This document shows, in pieces, positions 38,616 through 52,131 of a DNA stretch of 64,000 bases. The translations under genes and the position numbers were made by a program. The stretch lies in NCBI RefSeq assembly GCF_006345805.1, contig NC_042998.1, positions 45,136,001 through 45,200,000 of the forward strand, given 5' to 3'. Each line of letters opens with the position of its first letter. The stretch's first letter is position 1. The DNA is from Octopus sinensis. Its lineage: Eukaryota. The notes under the pieces are model-generated. The model searched no databases. It had not been told where the DNA came from and was given only the letters and a program-made list of their open reading frames with translations.

Positions 38616-41600
38616 GTAAGCTTTAACCAACTTTTGCTTCCCTACTTATCTTCTTGAAGTCATCTGATCAGATTTGATGGCATATAAGATACACTTTTCT
38701 TTTCCAGACATAGGTCTAAAAAAAATACCCCAAGAGTTGGGCCAATATTTCTTTCCATTTCAGATACAAGAACTGAAATCTATGGAGGAGGGAGGCTAAT
38801 TGATTACATCTAACTCTGTGCTACTTATGTTATCAACCCTGAACAGATAAAAAACAAAGTCAACCTTGATAGAATTCGAACTCAGAATGTAAAGCCAGAA
38901 GAAATGCTACAAAGCACTGTGTGCAGTGTGTTAACAATTCTGCCAGCTTGCCACCTTTACAGTTGAGCCTATATAACATGCTTCATTCTATGCACTAAAA
39001 ATCTTTTTTCCTGAATATGCACTGATGTGTCTAATATGCTCATGCATCTTATATACCATCAGTTATGGTACCTTCTACCTATTTCTTTACTACCTGCAAG
39101 GGGCTAAACACAGAAGGGACAAACGGATTAAGTCGATTACATTGACCCCAGTGCGTAACTGGTACTTATTTAATCGACCCTGAAAGGATGAAAGGCAAAG
39201 TCGACCTTGGTAGAATTTGAACTCACAACGTAACGGCAGACGAAATACCGCTAAGCATTTCACCCGGCACATTAACGTTTCTGCCAGCTCGCCACCTTAA
39301 TGGTACCTTCTACCACCAACAGATACCAACTTCAAATGAATCAACAACGGAGCCCCTATGCAGTTGTTTGACCTGCAAGAAATAGCAGTTATATCTTTCT
39401 AGCATCACTTCTACTATAATTCTAGTCACGTCTATAATACATTATAGGAATATAGAAATATAGGTATATCACCTCCAAGTATTTGACTGAAACTTTATCC
39501 ACCCCCAAAAGAAAAGATACGTCAGCGAATGTAGCTTTACATACACTATACTTATCAAAAAGATAGAACAGTCACAAAACGTTTTTATCACACATCTGCA
39601 CAATCAAGGGTGAGCTGGTGGCTAAGCAACAATAATCAATCGTTCAAGAATCAGCTTTGCTATATTGATTTCACATGGCTATAACCTCTCGTGTTACCCA
39701 ACGTTCACTGTCACGTGACAGATTATAAACTGCAAAACCGAGACACTGTTGTGTGGGTATAAGACTTTTAAATGGAGAATTCACTACAGTAATAAAATAC
39801 CGTGAATGTTTCTGAATTGATCTTCGTTCTGTTTTTTGCTATACTACACTATAAAATATATGTACAGATTTTATCCCCTAACTGTATGTAATAAGATCGA
39901 TGTAAATAATTTGTATATATAACATATTTGTGAAGAGAAAATAAGGGATAAGCCTGACTAGTTTCATCCCTGAACACTTACACCTATTATATACAATGTT
40001 GGTCAAAATCTATTAAAAAATTCTGTAGTGCAGTTTAGTACTTAAAATGCTGTTAATACATCCAGTAATTAATGGTTTCAAATTTTGCTACAAGGGTAGT
40101 CATTTGGGGAGGGGGCATAGTCGATTACATCGACCCCAGTGTTTCACTGGTACTTAATTTATTGACTCCGAACGAATGAAAGGCAAAGTCGACCTCGGCA
40201 GAATTTGAACTCAGAACCGATAAGCATTTCGTCCAGCGCGCTAACGATTCTGCCAAGCTCGCCGACTAATTAATGATTCAAGTTCTTAGCAGACACACAC
40301 CTAAGGGAGCTAAATTCTGTATGTGGAATATTTGGGAGTTACCTACCTTAACCAGTACCATCATAACGACACTCGCCGGTAGATTTACTGTCTAGTATTC
40401 CCGATTACTTATGTGATAATAAAACTACATATGTACATTATGAAATATCTATATTCTCTGCCATTTACTGCATTTTATAAAATAATAAATGTAAGCTCAT
40501 CCTAAATTCTTGAATTAATACAACTTATTGTAGGGATGAGTCTCAAAAACTGGAAAACTATGTGTGTGTGTGTGTATATATACACACACACGTACATATA
40601 TATATATATATATATATATATTATTTCCAGTTCTTCCCATCTCGATTAACAGTTATTTTGAATAAGCTGTCCACCCCCAAATATATACTGAAAGACCTAC
40701 CACAGATGTTACTATATAATCTTTGAATTTCTCTGCTCAGCTATTTTATCTCAATTTCTCTGTTACCAAATGAATGTATTACGGTAGAAGACCTGACTCC
40801 CATTCATGCATGCTTACCTCCACTGAAAATTAACTTTTGAATCATAAGATCGGTTATAAGAGGCATGGGCAACTTTTTTTTTTTAAGAAGCGGGCCACAT
40901 GAGACGCTGATCATCAACAGGTGGATCGCACTACTAAAAGAATTCAAAATGTTTTCGTTAAGTCAGCCATTCACAAAATCCCGTGGGCTGCAGTATGCTC
41001 ATGACTAGCTTGTATGTAACATTCTTAGAGGCATATAATGGGAGATGGAGATACTCCACAGGTATTATAAACCTTCCATTCTATTATAAAATGGAATGGA
41101 ATTTGTAACGTCCGTGCGAAGCGAGGTGACGAGAAAGGTTCCTTAGTACATCACACGGTCGATACACGCACATACATTTTTTCATGCATATAGATACCTA
41201 TTTCTTTACTACCCACAAGGGACTAAACACAGAGAGGACAAACAAGGACAGAGAAACGGATTACGTCGATTATATCGACCCCAGTCCGTAACTGGTACTT
41301 ATTTAATCGACCCCGAAAGGATGAAAGGCAAAGTCGACCTCGGCTGAATTTGAACTCAGAACGTAACGGCAGACGAAATACGGCTACGCATTTTGCCCGG
41401 CGTGCTAACGTTTCTGCCAGCTCGCCGCCTGGGGGTTGTTATGAGAACATGCATGTGTGTGTGTGTACATACACACGTACATACATATGTGTATGAACGC
41501 ATATATATATATGTATATGCATGTATGCATATGTGTCTCAGTATTTGTTTACATTTATTAAAGGCGGCGAGCTGGCAGAAACGTTAGCAAGCCGGGCGAA

Positions 41601-42165
41601 ATGCTTAGCGATATTTCGTCTGCTGTTACGTTCTGAGTTCAAATTCCGCCGAGGTCGACTTTGCCATTCATCCTTTCAGGGTTGATAAATTAAGTACCAG
41701 TTACGCACTGGGGTCGATGTAATCGACTTAATCCCTTTGTCTGTCCTTGTTTGTCCCCTGTGTGTTTAGCCCCTTGTGGGCAATAAAGAAATAAGTATTT
41801 GTTTAAACTTAGACATCTTCAAATAATCACTGAGCTACAAAGGGTTGACGTTGTAATCTCCTAAATCAACTAATCAGCTGGCTCTTTACTTTTAGAAGAC
41901 ATACGGGATAAGAAACCTACACTGGGGAATCAGGTAATGGATTAACAACAATAGGAGCATCTAGCTATAAAAGAATGCCTCAGTAATATTCATCTAACCT
42001 ATCCTAGCACAAAGAAAACAGACATAAAACAGATGAATAATTTTTTTAACTATTAATCTCGTCTGTGGAGAGAATTTACTCTCATGAGCATCATCTGATG
42101 TTTTATTCCCTGATACATATACATAATGTTTGAAAACATTCAAATTAGGAATCTTTTATTTTAAA

Positions 42166-42518
42166 ACTAGCTGGTCCCGTGCCGTCTAAAATAATGGCTA
42201 ATTGTAGTATTTTATATATAAATCTAGATGGTATATCAAAATTGATGCACTTGCCAATGTTATCTAGTGGTTGTCTCTTGAGATGTGACATCGATCATCG
42301 CTTGTTACACACACTCACACACACACATACACACACGCACACACACACACAAACATTCACATCCCTCCTTTTTTACACTCACATATACTTACACAGAGTT
42401 GAAATGCTCCCACTATCAGTTTACCATCACCCCTTCTTTCCTTATTCATTTATCACCCCTTCCTTTCTCATTCATATGTTGCGACAGAGAAAAACACAAA
42501 AATATTATTATTGTAGAT
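42166..42518. mobile_element. Helitron-like non-autonomous element
   Basis: actagc start followed by a GC-rich segment, internal (CA)n, tattattattgtagat end. Confidence 0.5.
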
Positions 42519-42908
42519 AAATAGTAGTAATACTCTAAGCCACTCTACTGCTGACGTCATCCATCATTCCATCTATTTTCTCTACCTACTAATCCTGGTG
42601 AGGGTCATAGGAAAAAAGTCTTCAGACATCTCAATGAGATCCTATTAGAAGTAGCTATCATTAGATTTTCTGGCTAGATTCCAAAGCATGACCAACTAAG
42701 ACTATGGATATTGTCCAACCACCTTGTTGGAGAATGTTAAAGCAAGCATGGTATGGATATTCACAAAGTAGTGCTTAGATAAATGAGGACTTAAATTCCA
42801 AACCTTCCATCCAGGATAGTTGGCTTTAGTGTAGTCAGAATCTTCTGGTGAGAGTAATATGATTTTGCTGCATGAGCCTATAAAAATTCATGTTATTCCA
42901 AACATTTA

Positions 42909-43355
42909 ATGCATTACAGGTGTTTATTACATAATAGACATGATTGTGGCATAAGTTGTTGTTCACTCAAAACAGGTGCCAAGACAAACTCTGAGCACCT
43001 TTTCAAACTCCACCTGTCTAACACCTGTGGACATGTTTACAAAGTCAGAAAACAGCACAGCTCCCATGACTTTCGGAAACATTTTTTCATGCTAAGAGTT
43101 GCTGAAGCATGGAACGGACTGCTGGCATCAGTTGTTAGTTGTCAGAGCACTGCATCCTTCAGAACTTCCATGCTTCCTGAGATTCGCCAACACTACACCT
43201 AATATTCCCCCCTCCATACACACGCAAGCATGTATCTGACTCATACATTGTTCGCTTTCCAGACATTTGTACATTACTGTATTTACTTTATATGCACTTT
43301 TGACAAGCTGTGGTGCACCTGAGCACTGTATACAATGATTTCATTATTTTATTAT
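42909..43355 (+). mobile_element. CR1/L2-type LINE 3' end
   Basis: TCGHVYKVRKQHSSHDFRKHFFMLRVAEAWNGLLASVV..FR, followed by an ATT-rich tail. Confidence 0.8.
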
Positions 43356-43356
43356 T

Positions 43357-43752
43357 TACTAGCAGTATCGCCCGGCGTTGCTCGGGTTTGTAAGGGAAAT
43401 AACTATAAAGCATTTTTAGAGAGTTATAGCCAAAAAATAGCAAAAAGTGTATTAAAAATGGAAAAAAAATTATGGTAAATTTTTTTTTAAATCGTTGACT
43501 CATCGTAAACATTTTTAGAGAGTTACTTCCCTTATATTTAAAAAATATGCATTAAAATGGAAAAAAATGATGGTAAATTATTTTTAAAATCGTAGACTCA
43601 TTGTAGATGCGCGCTAATACCCAGAAGGGCTTGATATGAATCACGACTATAAGATACCCGGTTTTGGTTAAACTGCACCTCAAAATGTGGGAGTAGTTAG
43701 GAATCTAAATCGGAGTAGACAGACACACAACCTTTCTTTTATATATAAAGAT
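43357..43752. mobile_element. Helitron-like non-autonomous element, about 137 bp upstream of exon 15
   Basis: tactagcagtatcgcccggcgttgctcggg start; ttttatatataaagat end; internal tandem sub-repeats. Confidence 0.7.
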
Positions 43753-43888
43753 ATTGCCTGTAAATATACTTATGAAGCCTACTTGCGTTTTTCCTCCATT
43801 TTTACTTTACTTGCATATGTGTGTGTGTGCACATGTGTGCATATATATATATATGTGTATTTCATTATGATATTTATGTTTGTTTCAG

Positions 43889-44100
43889 CCAAGAATCAGT
43901 TTTCAACAAACATTTACAAGATACCACTGATGTACCTAACTGGACAAATGGCCTCTGAAAGAACTGGTAACACTGCTGCTTGTAATCATAATACGTTACT
44001 GGCTCCAGTTTCATCCGAACTACAGAAGTCGCCATCTCTTAAGCGCAGTCCACTTATTCATACAAAGAAAAACCAAACTACAGCTTTAACAGTAGAGAAG
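43889..44100 (+). CDS. GARNL3: GARNL3 exon 15: (A)KNQFSTNIYKIPLMYLTGQMASERTGN...TALTVEK
   Basis: tttcag acceptor; NIYKIPL matches vertebrate NLYKIPL. Donor gtttgt is weak; read-through would stop at 44121. Confidence 0.88.
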
Positions 44101-46835
44101 GTTTGTGCAGATTTCCATTAATAACCTGTTGACATGGTCTGGTTGTTTTTATTGAACTTTATTTGATGATATCAAAGGACTTATCCATAAACATCTAACT
44201 TACTGTCTTTCAAACACTTTTTGACAAGGCTTCTCATTGTGTTGATGGATTTAAGATATATTAACAGGTTATTGTAGCTACTGTTTGTCTGGAAGGTATA
44301 TGATCAGTTTGGGAATAAACATGTTCTCACTTGTTTTATTAACTATAAATTTACTGCTGATCAGTATTGTAATATCACTCAACAAGTGATGAATACATGG
44401 TTTGAGTATTATCCGTGGGCATGTCTCTTTTTTTGTCTCAAATTGGTATTCATAATGTCTGGTATCTGTTTGTATCTGTTTTCATTACTATCAAAAAGAC
44501 AATAAATATTTTAATTAATATTCGATTCGAATGAATGTTAGTTAAAGACTTTGTTTGTGATTTAAGCAAATCTGGCTTTCTTTATCTTTGATATGAATTA
44601 TATTATGGAAAATGATTCTATTTTCTATTGTTATATTTTGGGACGGTCATGTTTTTTTTTTTTGCCAAATAAACACACGCACTATATATTCGTCCTTCAC
44701 TCATTTATTACTGTTCTTTTTTTATCTTATGTCCATTATCTGGAAATCTTTTGTCACACATTTGTGACCTCTTCAGTGACTCTTTCCATCCATGTGTATC
44801 CTCTTGCTCCAACTTTGATCTTTTAGTGAGAAAAGTAATGCCATTATGTTACCTATTAATTTCTGTGTGACAAAGAAACATTATCTATTTTAAGTACATA
44901 CTAATGAAAATATAATTCACTTCCTTGGGCAAGTTTTAATTATAGATAGATAATATTCCTTAATCTTCATAGTAAAAATTGTCAAAAAACATTTGGCAAT
45001 AAAAACTGTCATATTCCTTAATTTTGACAGAGAAACTGCTTAAAATATTGATCCTGATAACCCCTAAGTCAATGCAATTTTCAATAGGCTATTTACCTAC
45101 CTTATGAAGGAGTGACAATTCATATCACTATTTGAGGTGTTTCAATAATAAAGACACTAAACTTTCAATATCCCAATCAACCAGACAACAGCTATAAAAT
45201 AGGTGTTCAGCTTGCCATCAAAGATAACAGCTGTACTGTATAATTAATGTATGTTTTGTTATCTTGCAAACAGGGTTTTAATAAGTAATATGTATAAAAA
45301 CTGGCACTCCATTGGTTACAACGACAAGAGTTTCAGTTGATCCAATGAACAGAACAGCCTGCTTATGAAATTAATATGTAAGGGGCTGAACACTTGACAG
45401 CCACAAAGATCTTTAAAGTAGTGCTCAGGGGGGTTCAGCGTGACATAGAATGTAACATGGTTGACCCTTTGAATTACAATTCATTTTTACTTCCTGAGTG
45501 ATCTGTATAAAGCCTTACAAAATTATATGGTATTAAAAACACGGAAAAATATCAAGAGCAGGCATTGGTGGTGGAATTGTTGGATCTAGATAGGACTGAG
45601 ATATCTGGTGCTTTGCTGTAGTCAAGTGAAGGCACATGGCTCAGTGGTTAGAGAGTCAGACTCACAACCTTGAGGTAGTGAGTTTGATTCCTGAACCAGG
45701 CTGTGTGTTGTGTTCTTGAAGAAGACAATTTATTTCACATTGCTCCAGTTAACTCAGCTGTAAAAATAAGTTGCAACATCACTGGTGCCAAGCTGCATTG
45801 GCCTTTGCCTTTCTCTTGGATAACATCAGTGATATAGAGAGGAGAGCCTGTTATGCATGAGTGACTGCTGGTCTTCTATAACCTTGCCCAGACTTGTACC
45901 TCAAAGGGTAACTTTCTAGGTGCAATCCCATGATCCTTCATAACTGAGTGGGGGGTCTTTACCTTTTTCTTTACTTTTGTTGTACTCAAGAAGATCTATC
46001 TGACACAGCAGAATTGATACCAGTGCTGGTGCCACATAAAAAGCACTTGCACTGATGCTACATTAAAAGCACTGGTGCTGGTGCCATATAAAAATTAACC
46101 AGGACACTCTGTGGAATGGGTGGTGTTAGGAAGGACATCCAGCCATAGAAACCATGCCAGAACAGACAATAGAGCTTGCCCCTGACCTTACCAGCTCCAA
46201 TCAAGCCATCCAACACATACCAGCATGGAAAACGAATGTTAAATGATAATGATGAGAAAGATGATTAGTTTCCTCAACAGCAAATATTCATGTCACCTCA
46301 TGTTAAGTGAACACCAGCTGCTAGCTGGTATAGTCAAACAGTAATTGAAAGGTCACTGTTACATTTAACTGGTAGGTTAAACAGAAATTCTTTATTAGTA
46401 ACAGAAGCAGTTATTAGTTTAAAAGTAGCAATCCATAGACATACTTAAAGTACATGTTTCAAGGCATCATCATTGAAGCTTTTATAATGAAAGTACATTA
46501 GCAATTTGGTAGAATACCTACCATTTATAATCTTGAAGTCTAAATGAGATCTCTTTCCTAAGAACATAGGAAATTGTAGAATTTCTAGTTTCTAGAATAA
46601 CCATTTTTCTGTCATATATAGCCCTGAGAAAATATCCTGTACAGCAAATAAAATGTGATACAGATTATCCCATATCTCACAGCAATAAACATTTCTTTGT
46701 GGATGAGGAGTATAAGAGCAATTGTCAATTACAAATGTTGCTCATAAAGGAATTTAAAATCAGCAGGGCTTGCTAACAAAACAAACATACATACATACAT
46801 ACATACATACATACATACATACATACATACATACA

Positions 46836-46871
<36 letters not shown>

Positions 46872-47109
46872 TTGCAAATAAGAAAATGGAGAAGCACATT
46901 AGTTGGTTCATCAACTTTAGGATATAAAATGTTGACTTATTTATTTATCAAAACGACAACCATAATAACATACATACATATAGTATATTATTCAATGCAT
47001 ATAAGATAAGAATACAAGTAGTTATTAAAAAACATTAATATAAATTATTAACATCACTTACAGCTGTTTCAGCCTATGAATAGTAGCAACTCATTGTGCC
47101 TATATTAGT

Positions 47110-47163
<54 letters not shown>

Positions 47164-47186
47164 TCATAATATTGTATTTGTTTTAG

Positions 47187-47492
47187 ACAAGAATTAACTA
47201 TTCAGTTGGTATCTACAAGATACTAAGGCAGCAAGCTTAGCAGTATTTCATCTGACCTTACATTCTTGAGTTCAAATTCCACCAAGGTCAATGTTGCCTT
47301 TCATCCTTTCGGGAGTTGATAAAATAAGTACCAGTTGAACACTGGGGTCAATGTAATCGACTTACTCCTTCCCTCAAAATTGCTGGCCTAGTCCCAAAAT
47401 GTGAAATCAATATTTACAAGATACCACTAATTCACCTCATTAGACAAATGACCCAAGAAAGAACTGGTAACATTTGCTCGTTACAGCAATAA
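47187..47492 (+). pseudogene. Decayed partial duplicate of GARNL3 exon 15, interrupted by a SINE B fragment
   Basis: 47412-47472 vs 43912-43972: 51/61 identical, no indels; acceptor region also similar. Confidence 0.85.
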
Positions 47493-48112
47493 GCAATACT
47501 ACTGTAACTAATTCTTCTTGATGTTCCAGACTGAAATCTTGGACACTTTTGATGATATACAAAATTCAGTGGTTACTTTAACCCTTTTGTTACCATATTT
47601 CTATTGAGATGCTTTGTGTTTCTTTCAATTAATTTTAAATCTAACAAAGAATTTAGTAAAATGACTTAGTTATCATTAAGCTAGTGTTGGGAATACAAAT
47701 TGTGACTAAGGTTTGTTGAAAAATTTTAATTCAGAACTTTTAAAAACAAGGTATTTGTACTACAGAGCCAGAGGCAGTTTCAGGCAGGTTGGTATCAAAA
47801 GGGTTAAGATCCAATATATTTACATCTTTCTTGAATTTTTTTAGTAGTGCAGCCTTCTTGATGAGCCATGTCTCCTGTGACCTTCTTGAAAAAGGTTGCT
47901 CGTGCCTGTCTTACCACATTTTTGTTAAAACTGAATATGTTTCATTTTTAACAAATATATGCTAAGACAGGCACGCATGACCTTTTTCAAGAAGGTCACA
48001 CAAGACATGGATCATAATCAGGAAGGCTGCACTACTAAAAAAATTCAAGGAAGATTTTCATTAGAAATGCCATTTAGAAAGACCTGCAAGCTGTAGTTTG
48101 CCCATGACTGTA

Positions 48113-48340
48113 TTAATCCTTTAACATTCAGATTACTCAGTCAAATGTGATGCTTATTTATTCACATTGTTTTGAATTAATCATGAATTAGCTTATAGCT
48201 TCAAGGTTTCAATGATGTTATTGTTTATATTTATAATGACATTGTAGGGTAGGTACAAGTGGCTGGATCTAGCCAGTTTAAACATAGAACAAGCAGAATA
48301 TTTGGGCCAAATATGGCCAATTTAAATGCTAAAGGGTTAA
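48113..48340. mobile_element. TTAA-flanked MITE family F (ttaaccctttagcatt...aatgctaaagggttaa)
   Basis: Same orientation at about 3880-4090, 50980-51410 (tandem), 55665-55900, 62030-62235; opposite orientation at about 10370-10590, 15675-15905, 21180-21370. Confidence 0.85.
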
Positions 48341-48345
48341 AGTAA

Positions 48346-48380
<35 letters not shown>

Positions 48381-48663
48381 GGCATTCCTTCGATATAACT
48401 TGACAAAATCAAAACGTTTCCCTTCGGGTATTTCCGTGGGTTGTGGAGTATGGATATAACGAAATTATGCCAGCAATGTCTCATTTTAAACTTGAAGACA
48501 AAAAAGAAAAAAAAGCCTTGCATATTTGTTCTTACCTGTTTCATGTGTCTATGTAAAATCCACAAATTTCCAAGCAGAAAACAGAATCGAACTGTCATTT
48601 GCTTCCACGGAAATACCCGAAATGGAATGTTTCGATTTTGTCAAGTTATATCGAAAGAATGCC
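48381..48663. mobile_element. MITE with ~60-bp TIRs inside a (TTA)n tract
   Basis: ggcattccttcgatataacttgacaaaatc / gattttgtcaagttatatcgaaagaatgcc. Confidence 0.85.
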
Positions 48664-48754
48664 TTATTATTACTAGGGTTGATAAATTAAGTACCAGTTA
48701 CGCACTGCGATCGACTTACCTCTCCCCAAAAACTTCAGGCCCTTGTGCCTGTAG

Positions 48755-49005
<251 letters not shown>

Positions 49006-49487
49006 TTAATGTACAATCTTAGTTTCAGACAAATATTTATGCCTCTTGTTTCAGACAAATTTGTATAAAATCTGGAATATGAATTATTTAGCTCATTACC
49101 ACTTGTGCATATAAACGTGTTTCTGTACATTGTTGCTGGCATTGTCAATGTTATCCTCGCTTTAAGTTCATCATATCACTCCCACTGTTGTCACCGGTAT
49201 CATCATTTTTATCCTCATAATCATCATCGTTATCATTATCATTTATGCTCATTAATTAGCAGTCCTGAGATTGAGATCTACTTACTGTTGAAACCTAGTG
49301 GACTATACAGCTATGTAGGTTTGTAACTGTGCAATATATACTGATAACGATGATGGATGGTTTGTTTATTTTCAGCTAAAATTCTTTTAATAGTCCGTGT
49401 CATAAATGGGTTATGCCAACAGCATCACAAACCTACTACTTTTATGACATAAAACAAAGTCATTTCTTCTATGATGCACACTTAACA

Positions 49488-49751
49488 GTACTAATTAAGA
49501 AGAGTGGTCCCGGTGCGCGAACTAGTGTACTCGCGCATCCAGGCTAGCTAGTTGTGACTAGTCGATCCTACAACGACTACCTAGCAAAGTAAATAAAACA
49601 CAAAATAAATAATTTTTTTACTCAAAGTAAATAATATTTTTTAAAACAAAGTAAATAAAACACACAAACACAAAGTAAAGATCAACTAGTCACAACTAGC
49701 TAGCGCGAGTGCATGAGTGCGCGCACCGGGACCACTCTTCTTAAGTAGTAC
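49488..49751. mobile_element. CpG-rich MITE with ~75-bp TIRs
   Basis: ttaagaagagtggtcccggtgcgcg...cgcgcaccgggaccactcttcttaa. Confidence 0.88.
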
Positions 49752-52131
49752 CCATTTTACAGGGTAGTGAATAAATCATTTTCCCAACAAGCTCCCTCAT
49801 CCTCCATCCTCTATTGCAACATGTCCCATGCATTTAGAAAGAAATTATACTTAGAAAATCTCTATCAGAGATGAAAGCAGTAACTATACTCAGAAGTAAT
49901 GTTTATCGCCACTCCAACATCGCTGTTCTGTAGGAACTAACATTACTACCATATATTGCGAGCTGAAACGAACTACTGCTATGTCTAGCAGACGAGTACC
50001 ACCACTGAAGATGAGCTCAAATAGCACAAAACAGCACGGTCTGGTAGTCTTGTCGCTGGGACGTGGTAGGAGTTCGCTCCCCTGTTTGCAATATCTATTG
50101 GGTGCAGATTGCATCAATAACCATCTGGAGGAGACGTCATCCTAGAGTTAAATTGGTAGTAACGTCTGTTCCTATGGAACAACCATGTTTAAGTAGTGAT
50201 CAACAGTACTTCTGAAATATTTATTTTCTACTAATGTAAGGGAGATAATTCCTTGATTATAGCTTGTAAGCACTTTTTTTTTTTTTTCAGAAGATACAAA
50301 ATTAAAATTAAAAATAAAGTAAATAAATATTTCTACATCAGAAATTTTCTACTTTATTTTAAAATTTCCCCGTTCACAGTTCACTGATACTAAATAAAAT
50401 GTTAAATACTTTATTATTTTATTCTTTTACTTGTTTCAGTCATTTGACTGTGGCCATACTGGAGCACTGCACTGAAGGGTTTTCTTAGTCACACAAATTG
50501 ACACTAGGACTTATTTTTTTGAGCCTGGCACTTATTCTATCAGTCTCTTTTGCCAAACTGCTAAGTTACAGGGATATAAACACACCAACAACAGTTGTCA
50601 AGCAGTGATGGGAGGACACACACACAAACACACACACACACACATACAAGGACACACACACACGCATATACAATAGGCTCCTTTCAGTTTCCATGTGCCA
50701 AATCCACTCACAAGGCTTTGGTCGGCCCAAGGTCATAGTAAAAGTCACTTGCCCACAATGCCACACAGTGGGACTGAACCCAGAACCATGTGGTTCAGAA
50801 GCAAGCATCTTACCACACAACCACTCCTGTGATTTAATATCGAGTGCAGATTAGTCTCCAGTTCTCTGAATCTGCTGTCCTTGTTGCATATATAAACAGA
50901 TTGGCTGCTAATTTCTCTGGGATTGATCAAGTGATGTAGACATCTCTGCTGAGACCCCACTAAGGGTAGAAAATCGATTAACCCTTTAGCATTCTGATTG
51001 TTCTGTTAACCATTTGCATTCAGACTATTCTGTCAAATGTAATGCTTATTATTCACATTGCTTGGAATTACTCATTCATTATCTTGTACCTTCAAGATTT
51101 CAATGATGTGACTGTTTAGTTTTAGAATGACATTGTAGAGTAGGTGTGAGAGGCAGGATCTGGACAGTTTGAACCTAAAACAGGTGGAATATTTTGGCTG
51201 GATATGGCCAAGGGTTAAATGTAATGCTTATTTATTCACGTTGTTTTGAATTAATCATGCATTATCTTGCAGCTTCAAGATTTTGATGATGTGATTGTTT
51301 ATTTTCATAGTCACATTATGGGATAGGCATGAGAAATTGGATCTGGCCAGTCTGAACCTAAAATATGTAGAATATTTAGGCCAGACATGGACAGTTTAAA
51401 TGCTAAAGGGTCAAGGTTGTTCTTCATTTATTTTCCAATCTATGAAGAACTGGTTAAATTTCCTGTTTGTATGTCTACTCTATAGGTTTACATATATTAG
51501 TTTAACATAGCCGGTGGCACATGAACAAAACATTCAAGCGAGGTCATTGCCAGTGCCGCTGGACTGACTCCTGTGCACCATTTGAGCATAGCCATTGCCA
51601 GTACTGCCTGACTGGCCCTCGTGCCAGTGACACATAAAAGCACCCACTACACTCTTTGGTTGATACAGGAATATACTAAAAGACACTTGTCCAAAGTGTT
51701 GTAGGGTGGGACTGAACCTGAAACCATGTGGCTGCAAAGCAAATTTCTTAACCATGTAGCCATGTGAGGAAAAATCAAAGAATGATTTGTTTATTTGTTT
51801 GGAATAAAATAAAAGCTAAGTGCAGGATGAACTGAAAATTTAGTTAAGTGGCTTGAAGCTTTTGTGTGCAAGCATGCGTGTGTGTGTGTGTGTGTGTTGT
51901 TTTGACAATCTGGTGTTTGTTTGAGTGTGATGGAAGGGAATAGTACATGCTAAGTAAAGAGAGTATTGTCAACTCTTTGTTAATGACCGAAAAGAGAAGG
52001 AGCTGAGTTAATGGACAGCACTTAAGAGGTCAAAAAATAAGGCTAATAAGAGCAATTGAATGATAAAAACAAAACAGATAAAAAAAATTATCTGTTCTAG
52101 ATATGGCCAACCTATAGAAACATTGGGAACA

